Origin: Paraspadella gotoi
Taxonomy: Eukaryota > Animalia > Chaetognatha
Direction: 5' to 3'
DNA: 64,000 nt
Assembly: GCA_051294375.1 (NCBI GenBank)
Contig: CM119264.1
Coordinates: 7,442,151-7,506,150 of the forward strand
Of this stretch, positions 13,861 to 27,760 are shown one piece after another. The notes under the pieces were generated by a model that had not been told where the DNA came from, made no database searches, and saw only the letters and a program-made list of their open reading frames with translations. Position numbers and translations under genes: made by a program. Positions within the stretch are counted from its first letter, which is position 1. Each line of letters begins with the position of its first letter.

Positions 13861-15221
13861 ATCTAACCTGGGGGCGCAAAGAAGCCACCCCCCAATAGAG
13901 TGAACTGTCCCCGTAGGAAACATACAAGGGATCCCCGTGCATTAGGTATGAAGTGAGGCCGGTTTGAATAAATGAATTATTTCAGCATTTGAGTCACGAA
14001 CTTGTGAAGTGCAAAGAAGGTAGACGTTCTTTTAAGGAATGGAAATATGAGAAAATCTATAACGTCGCATGACATATCAGAGTAATTCATGAAACGTTCT
14101 GGCATTAAAGGAATACTTGATGGAAAACCAATCCACAAACCAACGTATTTTTTTTTAAAAATTCCACGAGTATTTACCTAACCGTGGCTCAGACAAAGAG
14201 TTGCTAGTCTTTTAAACAATTGAAGCCCATTTAAAAAAAAAAAAGTACTTTATATGAATGAGTACTATGCAGAAAGGCAATAGAAGCGATTTACCATATG
14301 AGATTCCGAGGTAAGCGATGCATTAAGAATTCGCCGGCAAAACGAAACGCACCGTCGGTTCAAAATTTCCTTCGTCGTCAAACGAAAATTCGCGCCGCAC
14401 GAGGCAGCCGACAGCTGGGAAAGCGAGAAAGACCGAGGATGATATTTTTTCAGAGGTAAGAGCGACGAGTGCGGACACCGGAGGAGGCGAATCGGGATTT
14501 AATACCGCGACAGAATGTAAGATGCACTCCAGGTAACTAAAGGGCTATCAGTCGATAATATCTTATCCGTCGCCCCGTACTACAGTAGATTAGATGTTAA
14601 TATCGGAAAAGCATCACAGACGTTTAGTCCTGGTCTATTTGGTGTGCGTCAATGTCTCTAGTAACTTGACCTGTCTTTTTTTTCGTTTTTGGGCAAGCGC
14701 TTAACAACGGTTTCCTCTTGTTGTCTTTTCGAGAGATTTTAGACATGTTTACAATTTAGCTATTTACAGTAGGCCGTCCGCAATATTCAAAAGGTCCAGA
14801 CGAAGCTGTAGCGACCCGGAACGCGCTACAGACAGGCAGCACATATGTAGTTATCGTAAGATTAAAGCATGTTAGCCTCTAACGACAACAACAACACAGT
14901 GCACAAAATCGCCAAGTCGGAGACTATGATGGATGAAGAAAGCGGAAGAACATGGAAGAAAGGACGAAACACTCGGCATTGTTCGATAACGCGACTGACG
15001 GAGGCACACACGCACCGAGCACGGACGGACGACGTAGATGTGCGTTGCCATCGTGTCTCGACGTCGCATCTCCACTCAGCGTGCCTATTTGATGCGCATG
15101 AGGGAGCAGGGCGCACCGACTGACGCGATCACTGCGAGCCAATCGAATTGTCTGCCACGGGAGACCGTCTTTGCATTTCCTCATCGCCCGTCGAGGGAGA
15201 GAAGAGAGAGAGAGAGAGAGA

Positions 15222-15275
<54 letters not shown>

Positions 15276-17145
15276 GAGAGGACGAAGACTAATGAATCCA
15301 CATTTCCCGCAATGAAAAAGTAAAAAGTAACTTATTTTCCCGAAGTGACCGAGATTTTTTTTATCCAAGTTGCTGCGTACTTTTTTCCATTGCTGTTAAA
15401 GAAACTATAATATGCTCTCTTTATTGTTGTTATATTTCCTTTTTTCCTTTTGATTTTCACAGAAAAAAAAAGAATTGATCTTCGAATCTCTTCGCAATTT
15501 TTTTGTCAATAAAAATCTTGGGCGAGGACGAGACGTCTGGAAAGCCAATAAATCAAATCCACGAGAAAAATAAAGTTAAGTGAAAAGAAAGATAAAAAGG
15601 AAATTGAAAAGGAAAAAAAGTAAAAAAAGATAAAAACAAGAAAATTGGAAAAAAAGTTGGAAAAAAAAAAGACGAAAGCAAAATTGAAAATAAAAAACGA
15701 AAGGAAGGAGCCAAAAAATAAAGCTAGAGACAGACAAGAGCAAAGAAAAAAAAAGGAAGTTGTAAAAAGAGTCGGGAGACTGCGTCCCTCGCGCCCGACG
15801 AGGCTTAACCCCTAAGGAACTTGCTATGATTCGCCATCCATAAGGCAATCAAAGAATTCACCCGTGAGTCTCCACAAAAGTCCTCTTTGCTTTCAAGGAT
15901 CCCTCACCCTTCACTAACATCACCCTTTAGATGGTAGCTATATCTAAAACTTTGCCTATTTTCTCCAAGGCTGCAGACGTTTAATAATTCTTTCTTGTGT
16001 CTTTTTTCGGTTTTTAAAAAATCGAGTCAATTCGACTAAGGTTTCGATATATAAATTAATTAAGTGTGCTGATTTAAGTTATTTTCCATATTCTTTTCTA
16101 ATTCATTTCTATTTATCATCTTATTGCAATTCCTCATATTGTAATCATGCCTCCCAAAGTCACCCATGGTTATATTAATACTCTTTTTATTGGCTACATG
16201 TTGTTTCTCACCCAAGGTTTTCTTTTTTATTCTTTTTTTTTTCCTTTTTCTGTTCTTTTCTTCTTTTTCACGTCTCACGTTCCTTGAACCCCTGCGCGTT
16301 TTCTGCTAAAAATTCCATCGGAGAATCCTCTCTCTCTCTCTCCTCTCTCTCTCTTCTCTCTCTTTTTCTCTCTCTTCTCTCATCTCTTCGTCTCTCTTTT
16401 TCCCCTCTCCCTAAGGATGTTTGTGAGTATTTTTAAAAACAAATCTGAGATCTAGAGGAAAATCATTGTTTGTTTTGCGATGGCACCGACGAACTTTACC
16501 AGGATTTGTTTTCACTTTTCAGGTTTGTTTTTTTTTGTTCTTCGTTTTAAAACGTTGAACGTCCAACGTATTCACCTCTATTTTATTTTTAAATTTTATT
16601 GTTCAAGCCATCTTTATTGAAGTTGAAAATTACACGTGATTTGAATCGAACAAGTTTTCGGCAAGTTCAAATTTTCTCTTAATTTCCCATTTCATTCTTA
16701 ATGACATTTAAGGTTTTATTATATTCTATTCGCTTTCTCATTTTATTTTTATCGCTTTTTCTTCCATCTTTTTCATTTCTTAGTGTATTCTCGTTATATT
16801 TGTCCCGCCCTTTTTATCGTCTCTTTTGACCTTCAAGTCCGGCAACCATCAAACAAAAACGTCTTTGGATCTCTTAATCACCGCAGAATGGTTTTTTTTT
16901 TATTCTGAAACACTGCTGGATCTGTATCTGTATGATCCTCCTATTTTTTGGATAGTATTAATATAATAATATATTTCTACTCAGCAAAAATCCCGTCTGT
17001 CCCATCCCATTCGTTGTCCCATTTCCTTTCATCTTATCCCATCTGTACTAGTCCCATCTTTCGTCGCCCCATCTGTCCCCCATCCCCTCCCTGAAAAAAC
17101 GAGATCCATAAAAGGACCTCGAAATTTCGCGCTCTTACTTAGAGA

Positions 17146-17190
<45 letters not shown>

Positions 17191-19314
17191 GAGAGAGAGA
17201 GAGAGAAAGAGAGAGGATGAGAGAGAGAGAGAGGAGAGAGAGAGAAGAGATTCGCGCGGGCTCCCTGTTTCAGGTCGTGGTTGATCCGATTTCATCGAGA
17301 ACCCGTTTAAGAATCGCGAGGCGAACGCGCGTTTTGTGCGCTCGCGCAATTTCTTTTTTTAAATGACGGAAAAAAGAAAAAAAAAAAAAGGAAGAAAAAA
17401 AAAGAAAAATGAGAAATTGAATTAAAAAAGAAGAAAAAGATAAAAATGTAATCAACTCATAATGTCTCTCTGTTATCCGCTTGCGTCGCTAAAGCTTCTG
17501 AAATTAATTTAATTAGTTTTCTTGTTTTTAAATAAATATCTTTCTGAGTTAAATCAAAGCTCATGTATGACAAAACTTCTAGTCAAATAGTTTTGAAGCA
17601 CGATGAAAGATGATAAAAACTTATATAATTTTAAAAAATATATATATAAATATAAAAGAAAAAATAATATATATAAAATAAGAAGGTAGTAAAACAAGTA
17701 TTTTTTTTAATATTCATATATATGTTCTTGGACCAATTTCATATTCATTGGTATAGATAAGCATCAACTAGATTCTAATGTTTATATTATATATTCAATG
17801 ACTCTTCCTTTTTTAATACAGTATGCAACAATTTATTCTCTCCCAGAGAGTAAAATTTCATAATTGAAAATTCTAAAGTTACCAACAAGTATTATCATGT
17901 ATCATGTATCATGTATCATGAATCATGTATCATGTATCATGTATCATGTATCATTTTTAACGATGTCATCTTAATCTCCGCGCATCCTAATTGTCCCCCT
18001 TATCCCTGATGTCTCTTTAAAAGGTTCGTTCCTCCCTTCATTTCCAGCCTACGTTTTACCCGCACTATCCTTCAAGCTTCATTGCTTTCCTCTCCTCTCT
18101 TGCTCCTTCACTTCCTCACCTTCCTCCCCTTTCTCTTACTAATGTTCCCGCCAGGTGATTTTCTACTCTCGCAAGGCATCCGTCCGCGCTCCGGTCCGTC
18201 CGTCCCGTCCGTTTGTACCAATGATAGTCTCTTCAAAGCCAAGGTCCTTCTCTTTCCTCCTTCTCTTCCTCAAGCCCCCCCCTTAAAACTCTTTAAATCT
18301 ATCTCTTCTCGGGGCTCTTCCTTCGCCCTCTCTTTCCAGTAACCCTACCAATCTCCGTTGTCCCCACGGTCCCTTTCAAAAAGCCATTCTCTTCCCCACG
18401 CCCCACACTCCACACCCCCTCCTGCACCCCCACAACTCCTACCTCCCGCGTAGCGCTCAGCGCGCCCTGACGAGTCTCGAGTCTTTATTTTTTTTTGGTT
18501 CTTTTTTTGTTCTTCGTTGAAACGTGAGAAAAGTTGTTACGATCGCCGCCGACAGAAAAAAATCCGGGTCTTCAACAATTCAGACAAAAGACCGAAACGG
18601 GACTTTTTCGCCTTTCCATTTCAGGGACGTAAATTATCACTCCGTACTTTGTTCTTGTGGTTTTAAAATTTTTTAATTGGAGAAAGTCGAGTCTCGAATT
18701 AATTTTTTGGTCGCTCTTCAACCCCACTTCGACAATATCTCGCGTTCTTCCGTTACCTAATCTTCGCCATTCATTCTTTTCTATACTTTATTTTTGCTTC
18801 ATAAAAAAAAAGGTTTTTTTTTGGCCTGACGATCACTTCAAATATGACGACGAATATCAATAACGACGACGACGATTTTGATCCCGATTTTGATCCGACG
18901 TCAAGAGAGAATCTTCTGGCAAAAATTCAATAATTGATCGAAGGGGAAATTTTGCTGAATGAAACGACAACTAAAACACGACACAGTTTCGCTGACAATA
19001 GGTTGAAGACAAGGACAGCGTAAATTTCTAACTCGACGCAGGAGACACTTTTTCGAAAAATAAAAAATGCTAATTGTGAGACTCGGCCTTGAGAAACATA
19101 GAGAGTTCCGACAAAAAGGACGACTGGGGCGTGAACTTTTCCCGGCGAGGGTCGGGAGGAGCTTGTCCCCGCGGGTCGCGGACGGAGGGATCGAGGTCGG
19201 CAAGGTCTCGAGGTTCGGCAGGCCCTATTTCATGGTCGAGTGTTGCGGCAGGGTGAGGGTCGGTCGATCGCCACGCACTCGTCGAAGAGCCTCGCCCGCA
19301 AATTCAAATGAGAC

Positions 19315-19951
19315 TAAGGCGTATGTTAAAAAATTTTCTAAATTTAACTTTAATTAAAATTCAAAAGTGAGGAACCAAACGAACAACAATATTATATTAT
19401 GAACATTTAATGTAATAAAAAAATTTATAATAAATCTTTTACAATTTACGCAGTAGGCCATATTTATACTAGTACTAAAATCAATAAATGTTTAATTTTC
19501 AAAACAGTTTTATTGTAAGGAATTTTTGCAGATTTGGATTCGTCATAAAAGTTTGCATAAAAAGAAAATATAACTCTTTTAAAAAAATTCCTTCATTTAA
19601 GGGTCAAAAAATTAGGAAAAAGCTATATTTTAAGCTGAAAATTAACACTTTTTATATATTAAATATAGTTTTATTATTTTTAACCACTTAATGAAAGAAT
19701 TTTTATAAAATGATTTATATTTTCTTTTATACAACTTTTGACGGGAATTCAAATCTGCAATCAAAATTAAAGAAAGCTTATTTTTGAAAATTTTCGATTT
19801 TATAAGGATTAGTACTTATGAATAAAATATAGCCTAACTGCGAAAATTCAAAAACATTAAAATAAATTTTTTTTAAAATTATAGTGTTCACTGATGTATG
19901 TTGTCATAAATTGACTTTAGAATTTTCGATTTGTACTTTCACTACGCCTTA
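19315..19951. mobile_element. Same MITE in the duplicated block
   Basis: taaggcgta...actacgcctta with noisy versions of the ATGGAGAC TSD; homologous to 9255-9862. Confidence 0.75.
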
Positions 19952-21087
19952 ATGGAGGACCCCGACTGGCGGACGACGTCGTCAGTCATTCATAATCGCC
20001 GCAGATCCCATCTTTCTCCTCCGAATCCCGCCGGACGAGGGCACAAAAAATGCGTGGAGATTGAAGAGATGGCGGAGAGATGGGGGAAAGAGATGGGGGA
20101 AGAGATGGTGAGGGCACAGTGAAGAAATGAGGAGAGAATGGGAAGATGTGGGAAGGGAAAGAGAAGTTAGGGAAGGAAGAAAGACGTGAAATTCACCCGA
20201 TATGAGGGAAGTAGAGAACTGCCTGGGTTATATAATGACTAACAGTGAATTGAGAAAAGTTTAAAAAAACAAAAGCGGCGATTTGGAAAATTAACCGACC
20301 GACTGGAAGGGATCAGAGTGAATGGGGCAGGGAAGAGCAGAGCGTCGGGTTGGCCCCAATCGAAATCCCAAGGCAAAAACGAATTGAGGCCATATCTGAG
20401 CAATTGCGGTCGTATGTTTCATTTGCAACCTTTGATGGGTATTTGGCGCGGGCAATTGTTTTCTGGGTTGTGACGCTGGCATCCGTGATAGCGTCGGCAA
20501 TCGCTGAGATTTATCCAGTTTGCGATAAGCAAAGGGATAATCTGTACTAAGATTTGGAGGCGAAATGGGATACTGGTAACTTCTTTTAATATAGTTAATA
20601 GCTGCATGCATGCATTAAAGTGAAGTTTAATAAAGTTTTAAAATTATAGTCATCGTTTTGTAAACATTAATGATTTAAAAATAATTTTAAAAAATAAACT
20701 GTAATACGTCAACATTGTCGATCATTTCAATGGGTTGACAGTTATATTTGCCGACTGCCTATGGCAATTAGTTATCGCGAAATTATTTCGTTCGAGATCG
20801 AAATGGTATAGAGAATGATGGCTTCCCGAGTGGCATTGCTATGGCGGGGTTAGTAGAGCGACGACTCGGATGAGAAAATTGGAGGGGACGACGACTGACG
20901 GACGACGACGACGACGACGACAGAGACGACGACGACATTGATCTGACAGGAAGGACTGGAATGGAAAAAGCGACCGATAGGAAATCAATCGAATGCCGAA
21001 GAAATGACCATAAAACATCACGTGCATTAAACGCAATAAGAAAAGCGCGAGAAGATCAGAGAAGGCGAGGAATAGGAGAGAGATTGA

Positions 21088-21130
<43 letters not shown>

Positions 21131-21398
21131 TGTAAAACAGGAAGTTCGTACGAAGTTTAGAGACTTTAGAGCACAGAAGACTGTCTCTATCTTTCTATTT
21201 CTTCTCTCTCNNNNNNNNNNNNNNNNNNNNNNNNNATGCCGAAGAAATGACCATAAATACTCACGTGCATTCAAACGCAATGAAGGAGAGAGAGAGACGA
21301 AGCGAGGCAGGAGAGGAGAGTCGAGGGAGAGAGAAGGAAGCGGGAGAGAGAGATGGAGGGAGATGAGAGATTGATAGAGAAGAGAAGAGAGAGAGAGA

Positions 21399-21430
<32 letters not shown>

Positions 21431-21603
21431 GACTATTTTGAGGTATAGAGAGCGAAAAAAAGTAAAGAAATGGAAAAAAATAAAACGACTGAGGGAAAGG
21501 AAGCGCGTTAAATAAATAGTTCCTTTTATGCACTGATATATTTGACGCGTTATTTTTGTTTAGGGAGAAATAGAAACGNNNNNNNNNNNNNNNNNNNNNN
21601 NNN

Positions 21604-23296
21604 GATGGAGATTTTTATTAAAAAATTTCTCAATACTTTGTCTTAATGACTTAACTCTCTTTCCTTTCAATTATCTTTATTCAATCATTACTACATCGTT
21701 GGGGTAGCACCCTCTGCTGAATTGCTGGATGGTAGATTGCAAAATAAATTTTTCAACCTCATGTCAAATTTTCAATTATTATTTCTTGTATTGATTACCA
21801 TAATGACTTTCTCATTAAAGCTGTTCGACGTTTTCCCTTTTATGATGGTACATGATTCAATGCATTATATAACATACATCAATCATAGTGAAAAAGGATT
21901 ATATTATCAGTCCATTTCTCCTCTCTCTCAACTTTTCTCAGCCTTCATTCAAAATTTTACTAATAAAATAAATAAATCAAAAGAAAGGAAAATAGTAAAG
22001 CAAAGTAAAGTAATGTAAAGCAAAGTTAAAGTAAAGTAAAGTAAGAGAGTAAACGAAACACCTTCCTTTCGTTCTAACTTAAGTCTTCTTTGTTTCTTTA
22101 AAGTTTAAAGATCAAACCTTTTCTCGGCTCAGGTCATCTTCTAGTTCCCTTTTACACTACCCTCTCTTGCTCTCTATGATTGTGATTGTGTTAATACTGT
22201 TTTGGGTATTTAAATAGAAAGTCAAAAAAAAGCTCTCTTTCTTATTTTTTCTTTCTCTTTCTCCTCGCTCTTTTCTCTTTCTCTTCTTTCTCTCTCCGAT
22301 CCAGTCACCAGTCTACGAATAGTCTCACCCTTAGTTACATATCCTCATTCCTCCTCGTTCTACTTATCTCTGTAACCTCTTCTCTCTCTCTCTCAATACA
22401 TCATCTCTATACATCTCCTTTCTCTCTCTCTTTTTATCCCTTCACTCTTCCGTGTTTGTTTCTCATTTTTTTTTTTTTTATTATCCCTCGAAAAAAAGAG
22501 AGAGAGAGAGAGAGAGAGTATGTAACTAAGGGTGAGACTTTCGCAGACTGTGAATATCGGAGAGAGAAAGAAAGAGAAAGAGAAAGAGAGCGAGAGAAAG
22601 AGAAAGAAAAATAGAGAAAGAGAGCGAGAGTTTTTTTTTCTTTCTTATTTAATACCAAAAACAGTATTAACACAATCACAATCATAGAGAGCAAGAGAGG
22701 GGTAGTGTAAAAGGGAACTAGGAAGATGACCTGAGCCGAGAAAAGTTTGATCTTTAAACTTAAAGAAAGCAAAGAAGACTTAAGTTAGAAACGAAAGGAG
22801 AGGTGTTTCGTTTACTCTCTTTACTTTACTTTACTTTACTTTGCTTTACATTACTTTACTTTGCTTTACTATTTTCCTTTCTTTTGATTTATTTAATTTT
22901 TTAGTATAAATTTTGAATGAAGGCTGAGAAAAGTTGAGAGAGAGGAGAAATGGACTGAAATATAATCCTTTTTCACTATGATTGATGTATGTTATATAAT
23001 GCATTAATCATGTACCATCATAAAAGGGAAAACGTCGAACAGCTTTAATGAGAAAGTCATCTATTGGTAATCAATACAAGAAATAATAATTGGAAAATTT
23101 GACATGAGGTTGAGAAAATTTATTTTGCAATCTACCATCCAGCAATTTCAGATGGGTGCCTACCCCAACGATGTAGTAATGATTGAATAAAATAATTGAA
23201 AGGAAAGAGAGTTAAGTCATTAAGACAAAGTATTGAGAAATTTTTTAATAAAAATCTCCATCTCTACGGAGTTTCCAGTCGATGGACTTTATGTCA
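21604..23296. repeat. Fold-back inverted repeat (arms about 21604-22345 and 22515-23262); further copy at about 24290-24813
   Basis: gatggagatttttattaaaaaatttctc at 21604 vs gagaaattttttaataaaaatctccatc at 23235. The turn lies in CT/GA repeats, and both ends are bounded by N gaps. Confidence 0.9.
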
Positions 23297-25192
23297 NNNN
23301 NNNNNNNNNNNNNNNNNNNNNNNNNNNNNNNNNNNNNNNNNNNNNNNNNNNNNNNNNNNNNNNNNNNNNNNNNNNNNNNNNNNNNNNNNNNNNNNNNNNN
23401 NNNNNNNNNATTGCCTTAACATGCAACGATGAATCGAGAAAATCGGCGGAACAAACAAGTTCAAAAAAGTACTTTATTTCTATATTTTTGTATAATTATT
23501 ATTTTTACATTCAATATTATCCGCAGGCGTAATGACGAATAGCCTCAAAATATNNNNNNNNNNNNNNNNNNNNNNNNNACAATATTTTACGAAAAGGGGG
23601 AAATATTCGAGTCGATAATTGAAATAGGAAGGATGAAGCAAGGAAGGGGGGAAAAAGAAAAGAAGACAGGAGTTGGAAAAAGAAGAAGAGTGGAATGAAG
23701 GAAAGGGAGAAAAGAATGTTTTTTGGTCCTCAACCTAGCGGTTCCCTATCGTCTCCCTTCTCCGTCTCTCCCCCCCCCCCACGGTTTTCGCGTAATTTCG
23801 TCTGCTGCGTCCAACAAAACGCGACCGCGAAGTCGATGATTGATCTTCGATCGTGCGCTCGAGTCGCAGATTCATCAATCCGGAGTCGACAACTACACCC
23901 CCCCCTCCTCCCACCCCACTTCCGCCGAACCTTCGTTTATTTTAGATCTTCGCTGGTTTTAAATGCAGTTCTTCTGCAATCTTTATATAGTTTTGCATTT
24001 AACTACATTTTAATTCTGGGCGTGGCCTGCGAAATGATTGTGCGACAATTGTCGAGGCGCATGGTGCAATTTTTTTTTAGCATATTCGAGATTTAGCTAC
24101 ATACTCAATTTGTGGCGTTTCTCGAGAACCCGGCTATGTTCTTTCAAAAAAGGCAAAAAAAATTGTAATGCATGAATATGCAGGCGATCTAATTGAAATT
24201 TGAATAGTGGTTAAAGTGAATGGTAAGGTCAATACAATTTTTAATAGAATACAATTACCGGCAAGGGATCAAATATTTTGAGGTCTTTCGTGCATTAGCG
24301 CTCGCGGATAATAAAAGTAAAAATATAATTATACAAAAATAATAAGAAATAAAGTACTTTTTTGAACTTGTTTGTACCGCCGATTTTCTCTCGATTCATC
24401 GTTGCATGTTAAGGCAATTGATATACAAGAAATTGCCAGACTTCATTGACATAAGTCGCATGCCGACTGGAAACTCCGTAGAGATGGAAATTTTTATTAA
24501 CAATTTCCGCAATGACTTAGTCTTAATTACTTAACTCCTTTACTTTCAATTATTTTAATTCAATCATTACTACATCGTTGGGGTAGGCACCCACTGAAAT
24601 TGGCTGGTGGTAGATTGCAAAATAAATTTTCTCAACCTCATGTCAAATTTTCGCAAATTATTATTTCTTGGTATTGATTACCATAGATGACTTTCTCATT
24701 AAAGCTGTTTCGAAGCGTGTTCCCCTTTTAAATGATGGTACATGATTAATACATTATATAACATACATCAATCATAGTGAAAAAAGATTATGTTCCAGTC
24801 ATTTCTCCTCTCTCTTTTTTTTATTAGTCCTCGTTACTTCTTTGTTCTTCAATCCATTCTCACTTTATTTTACTTAACTTTTCTCGTCTACTAATCACGA
24901 TTCTGTTCCTTACTCTTATATCTTTTTAACAAGATTCTTCTTCCTCATTTTCAAAACTATTTTCGAAACTATTTTCAAACTGTTCCTTTGTCTTTTTCCC
25001 CAACTCTTTCACTCATTCCTCAATTCCTGCGTTTAACCTTAAACCCGCTTCATCTTCATCCCTTTTTTCTTTTCTTTCTTTTCTCTCCTCATCTTTATCC
25101 AATTCGTCACACCGTCCTTTTCTATTCTTTCTTCTAAAACTCTTCTCAAACTCCGTGTCCCTCTTTTCGCCTTAACCTCACCAACTTTTCCA

Positions 25193-25512
25193 TTTTTAGT
25201 TGCGCCGCGAGTACTCGCGGAGAGACTCTATAAGTTACTTTTCGGTTCGGTCGGTCGGTCTGACGGTCTGTCTGACGGTTGGTATGTCTGTCCGTCGATC
25301 TGTTTCACTTACATTAAAAATGCTCATAACTTGCCTATAGCTGGTTGCTCATAGCGCCGCCTTCTGGAAATCGAAATCCTATAAGAAATAAAATCGTTGT
25401 ATATAAAAAACTAAAAAATCTCTTCAACTTTGTGAAATAAAAGACAAAATTCCAATGCACGGGTTGAGAAAGTCACTGCGACCTACGTAACACAATGGAT
25501 GAACCGATCTTA
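25193..25512 (+). mobile_element. Helentron/DINE-1-like non-autonomous element, family 1
   Basis: T-run followed by AGTTGCGCCGCGAGTACTCGCGG (5' palindromic hairpin), a GTCG/GTCT microsatellite, and the 3' block aagtcactgcg. Shared with the copies at 34.8, 47.8 and 55.7-57.2 kb. Confidence 0.7.
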
Positions 25513-25985
25513 TTATTATAAAACTACAGTTCGATAACTTCCTATGAAAAAAAATCAAACATTTATCTCCTCGTTCGTTATTCAGGTCCGAATCGATCAC
25601 AATCAACCATTCACACTTCTCACTCATCGCCTTTTCACTCTCTCCCCTCACCGGTCACCACCCATCCCTCACCCAACACCCGGCGCGACGCTGAGAAAAG
25701 GCTGCGACCGCGTGCCATCATCATTTTTATCCGGGACAGAAAGGCGGAAAAAACATGAATGAAAAAAATTCGAGAGAGAAGATGAAAAAGAAAGGAAAGA
25801 GCAAAAAGGATTGATAAGAAAAAATATGGTCTTAAGACGATAAGTATTTGTACCGAAAGTACAAACCTTAAGTAAGAAAAATCAAAATGAGAATTATTGA
25901 ATTATGCGTTTTACGCACTCTGTCTCTATCTTTCTATCTCTCTCTCTCTCAGGAGTTATATGTGGACGCTGTCCACATATAACTA

Positions 25986-26044
<59 letters not shown>

Positions 26045-26749
26045 AAATATTAAAGAAGGAATGAGTAAAAAGTTTTGATTTTATTTCTCAGCGAGCAGAA
26101 ATTCAAGAATCTTGAACACCGCTAATTGGGCGAGAGGGCGGTAAACGTCAAAAAAATTACGCCCTCAAAGAACTATAATTAAGAGCCGTTTATGGCTCAA
26201 CATTTTTGCAAATAAATTTTTTAAAAAATACAAAAAATGCATTTGCTCATCTCTCTTCAACTTGAATTTTATAGTCTTTTAAATTGTTTATTATAACAGT
26301 CGATAATCTATGACTTTGGTATTCTCGTTAGTAAATCTCGAGTAAAAAATTACGCTGTAAAATCTGTTATAAAACTACGTTTTTTTATTTCCATACTGCT
26401 TTTTATTACTTTCTAAGTCGAAAATTAAAAAAAATAACAAAATAGGTTAAAATAGACTGTTATTTACTGTTAAATATTTTTTTAAATTATACTCAGTACA
26501 AAGAAAAATAACTTGGTGTTAGAAATTAAAAGCGGAAGCGAAACCAAATTATAAAACGAAATACAAAACATAGGTTATCATGTGCAGTTCATATTAAGTT
26601 GTTAAGAAAAATGTTTTAAATCTCTTCTCGTCCTCTAAACCATTTGAAGAAAGTTGACGACGAACGATGGCCGACGAGACGAGACGACCCTCGAATTAAA
26701 CCGGAAAGCGAAGCAATTATAAAACGAAAATATGAAATGTAAGTTTATC

Positions 26750-27760
26750 ATGTGCAGTTCATATTAAGTTGTTTAAGAAAAATGTTTAAATCTCATTCTC
26801 GTCCCTCCTAAAAACCATTTGAAGAAAAGTGACGACAGGACGCATGGCGACGAAGACGACGATGACCCCGACTGCTCTTCCACGGTCAATTTCTCCATAA
26901 AGAATCCGAGCGACATGAGCGTCGTCGTCGGGATGATGCGGCGTTAAAGACGTTGCCTAGCATCCCGGCGTTGCCGGCGCCGGTCTCCTCAAGTTCCCAG
27001 CAGCCGAGCTGCTGCGCAATGCGAAAGATGTTGGACATTACGCCGACGGTGACGAGACCGAGCGCGCTGATCGGCGACGCCGTCAACTCCGGCGCGCCGA
27101 AGACGCCGAGAAGGACGCTGAGGACGACGGCGCCGCTGGCGAAGTGGACGGCATTTGAAAGTTGGACCAGTGAACGTCGGGAAAAAAACCCGAAGAGGAA
27201 AGGGAGAGACATCGTCATGGCGCCGTTGTAGGCGGCGTTAGAAGTAGGCGTATAGCGGTGTTGACGTCGTTTGACCGAAGAGAAACTCGGGCCTCGTTAC
27301 AGGACGATTCCCACCGTCGCCGTCGCTGCGCCCACCATATCAACGCCGCCGATGCCGCGTCGCCGCTGCAGAGCTGTCAAAAACGGCGCAAAAAGGCACG
27401 CCGGCCGCTCTCTAAGCCGGCGTAGTCGCCGAGTGGCATGACGGCGGCGGCCTGGCGCCAAGAGGACCCAGTTGACGGCGCTCACGGTGCCGAGAATCAG
27501 AAATGAGCCTCTCTTGCCCAGTTGTCAGGCCCAACTGCCGAAAACGGCCAAAGGAGAACGACCGGGCAGCAACGAAAAGAACTGCCCGACGAAGAAGAAA
27601 AAGTATCCGGGCCGTCGCACGCGAGCGAGTCGAAGATCGAAAGATGCAGGTCATGGACGCTGTTCGGACGACGTAGGAAGCGCTGAGCACACGCCCCCAC
27701 CAGAAGTGTATCGACTATCCGAATGATCGAGGAAACGAAAGAGAAAGAATTTTTGCCCAT
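26750..27760 (-). CDS. Second copy of the SLC35G-like transporter, broken by 1-nt indels (probably an uncorrected long-read or allelic copy)
   Basis: Near-identical to 31156-32087. Track fragments 27497-27760, 27297-27485 and 26886-27218 each carry in-frame pieces of the same protein. Confidence 0.6.

Larger units (their letters stand above)
2196..21020 (+). repeat. Direct multi-kb duplication: copies at about 2196-5860, 5962-10889 and 15371-21020
   Basis: Shared landmarks: ctgcgtacttttttccattgc (2196, 15373); ggatgtttgtgagtattttt (46, 3188, 6342, 16415); the TATCATG array (5.2, 7.8, 17.9 kb); the MITE (9.3, 19.3 kb). Differences are mostly 1-nt indels. Confidence 0.95.

Noticed and set aside
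26750-27760. Calling the frameshifted transporter copy a pseudogene
   Set aside because: Its differences are scattered 1-nt indels at a similar density to the non-coding flanks, which fits uncorrected long-read error.
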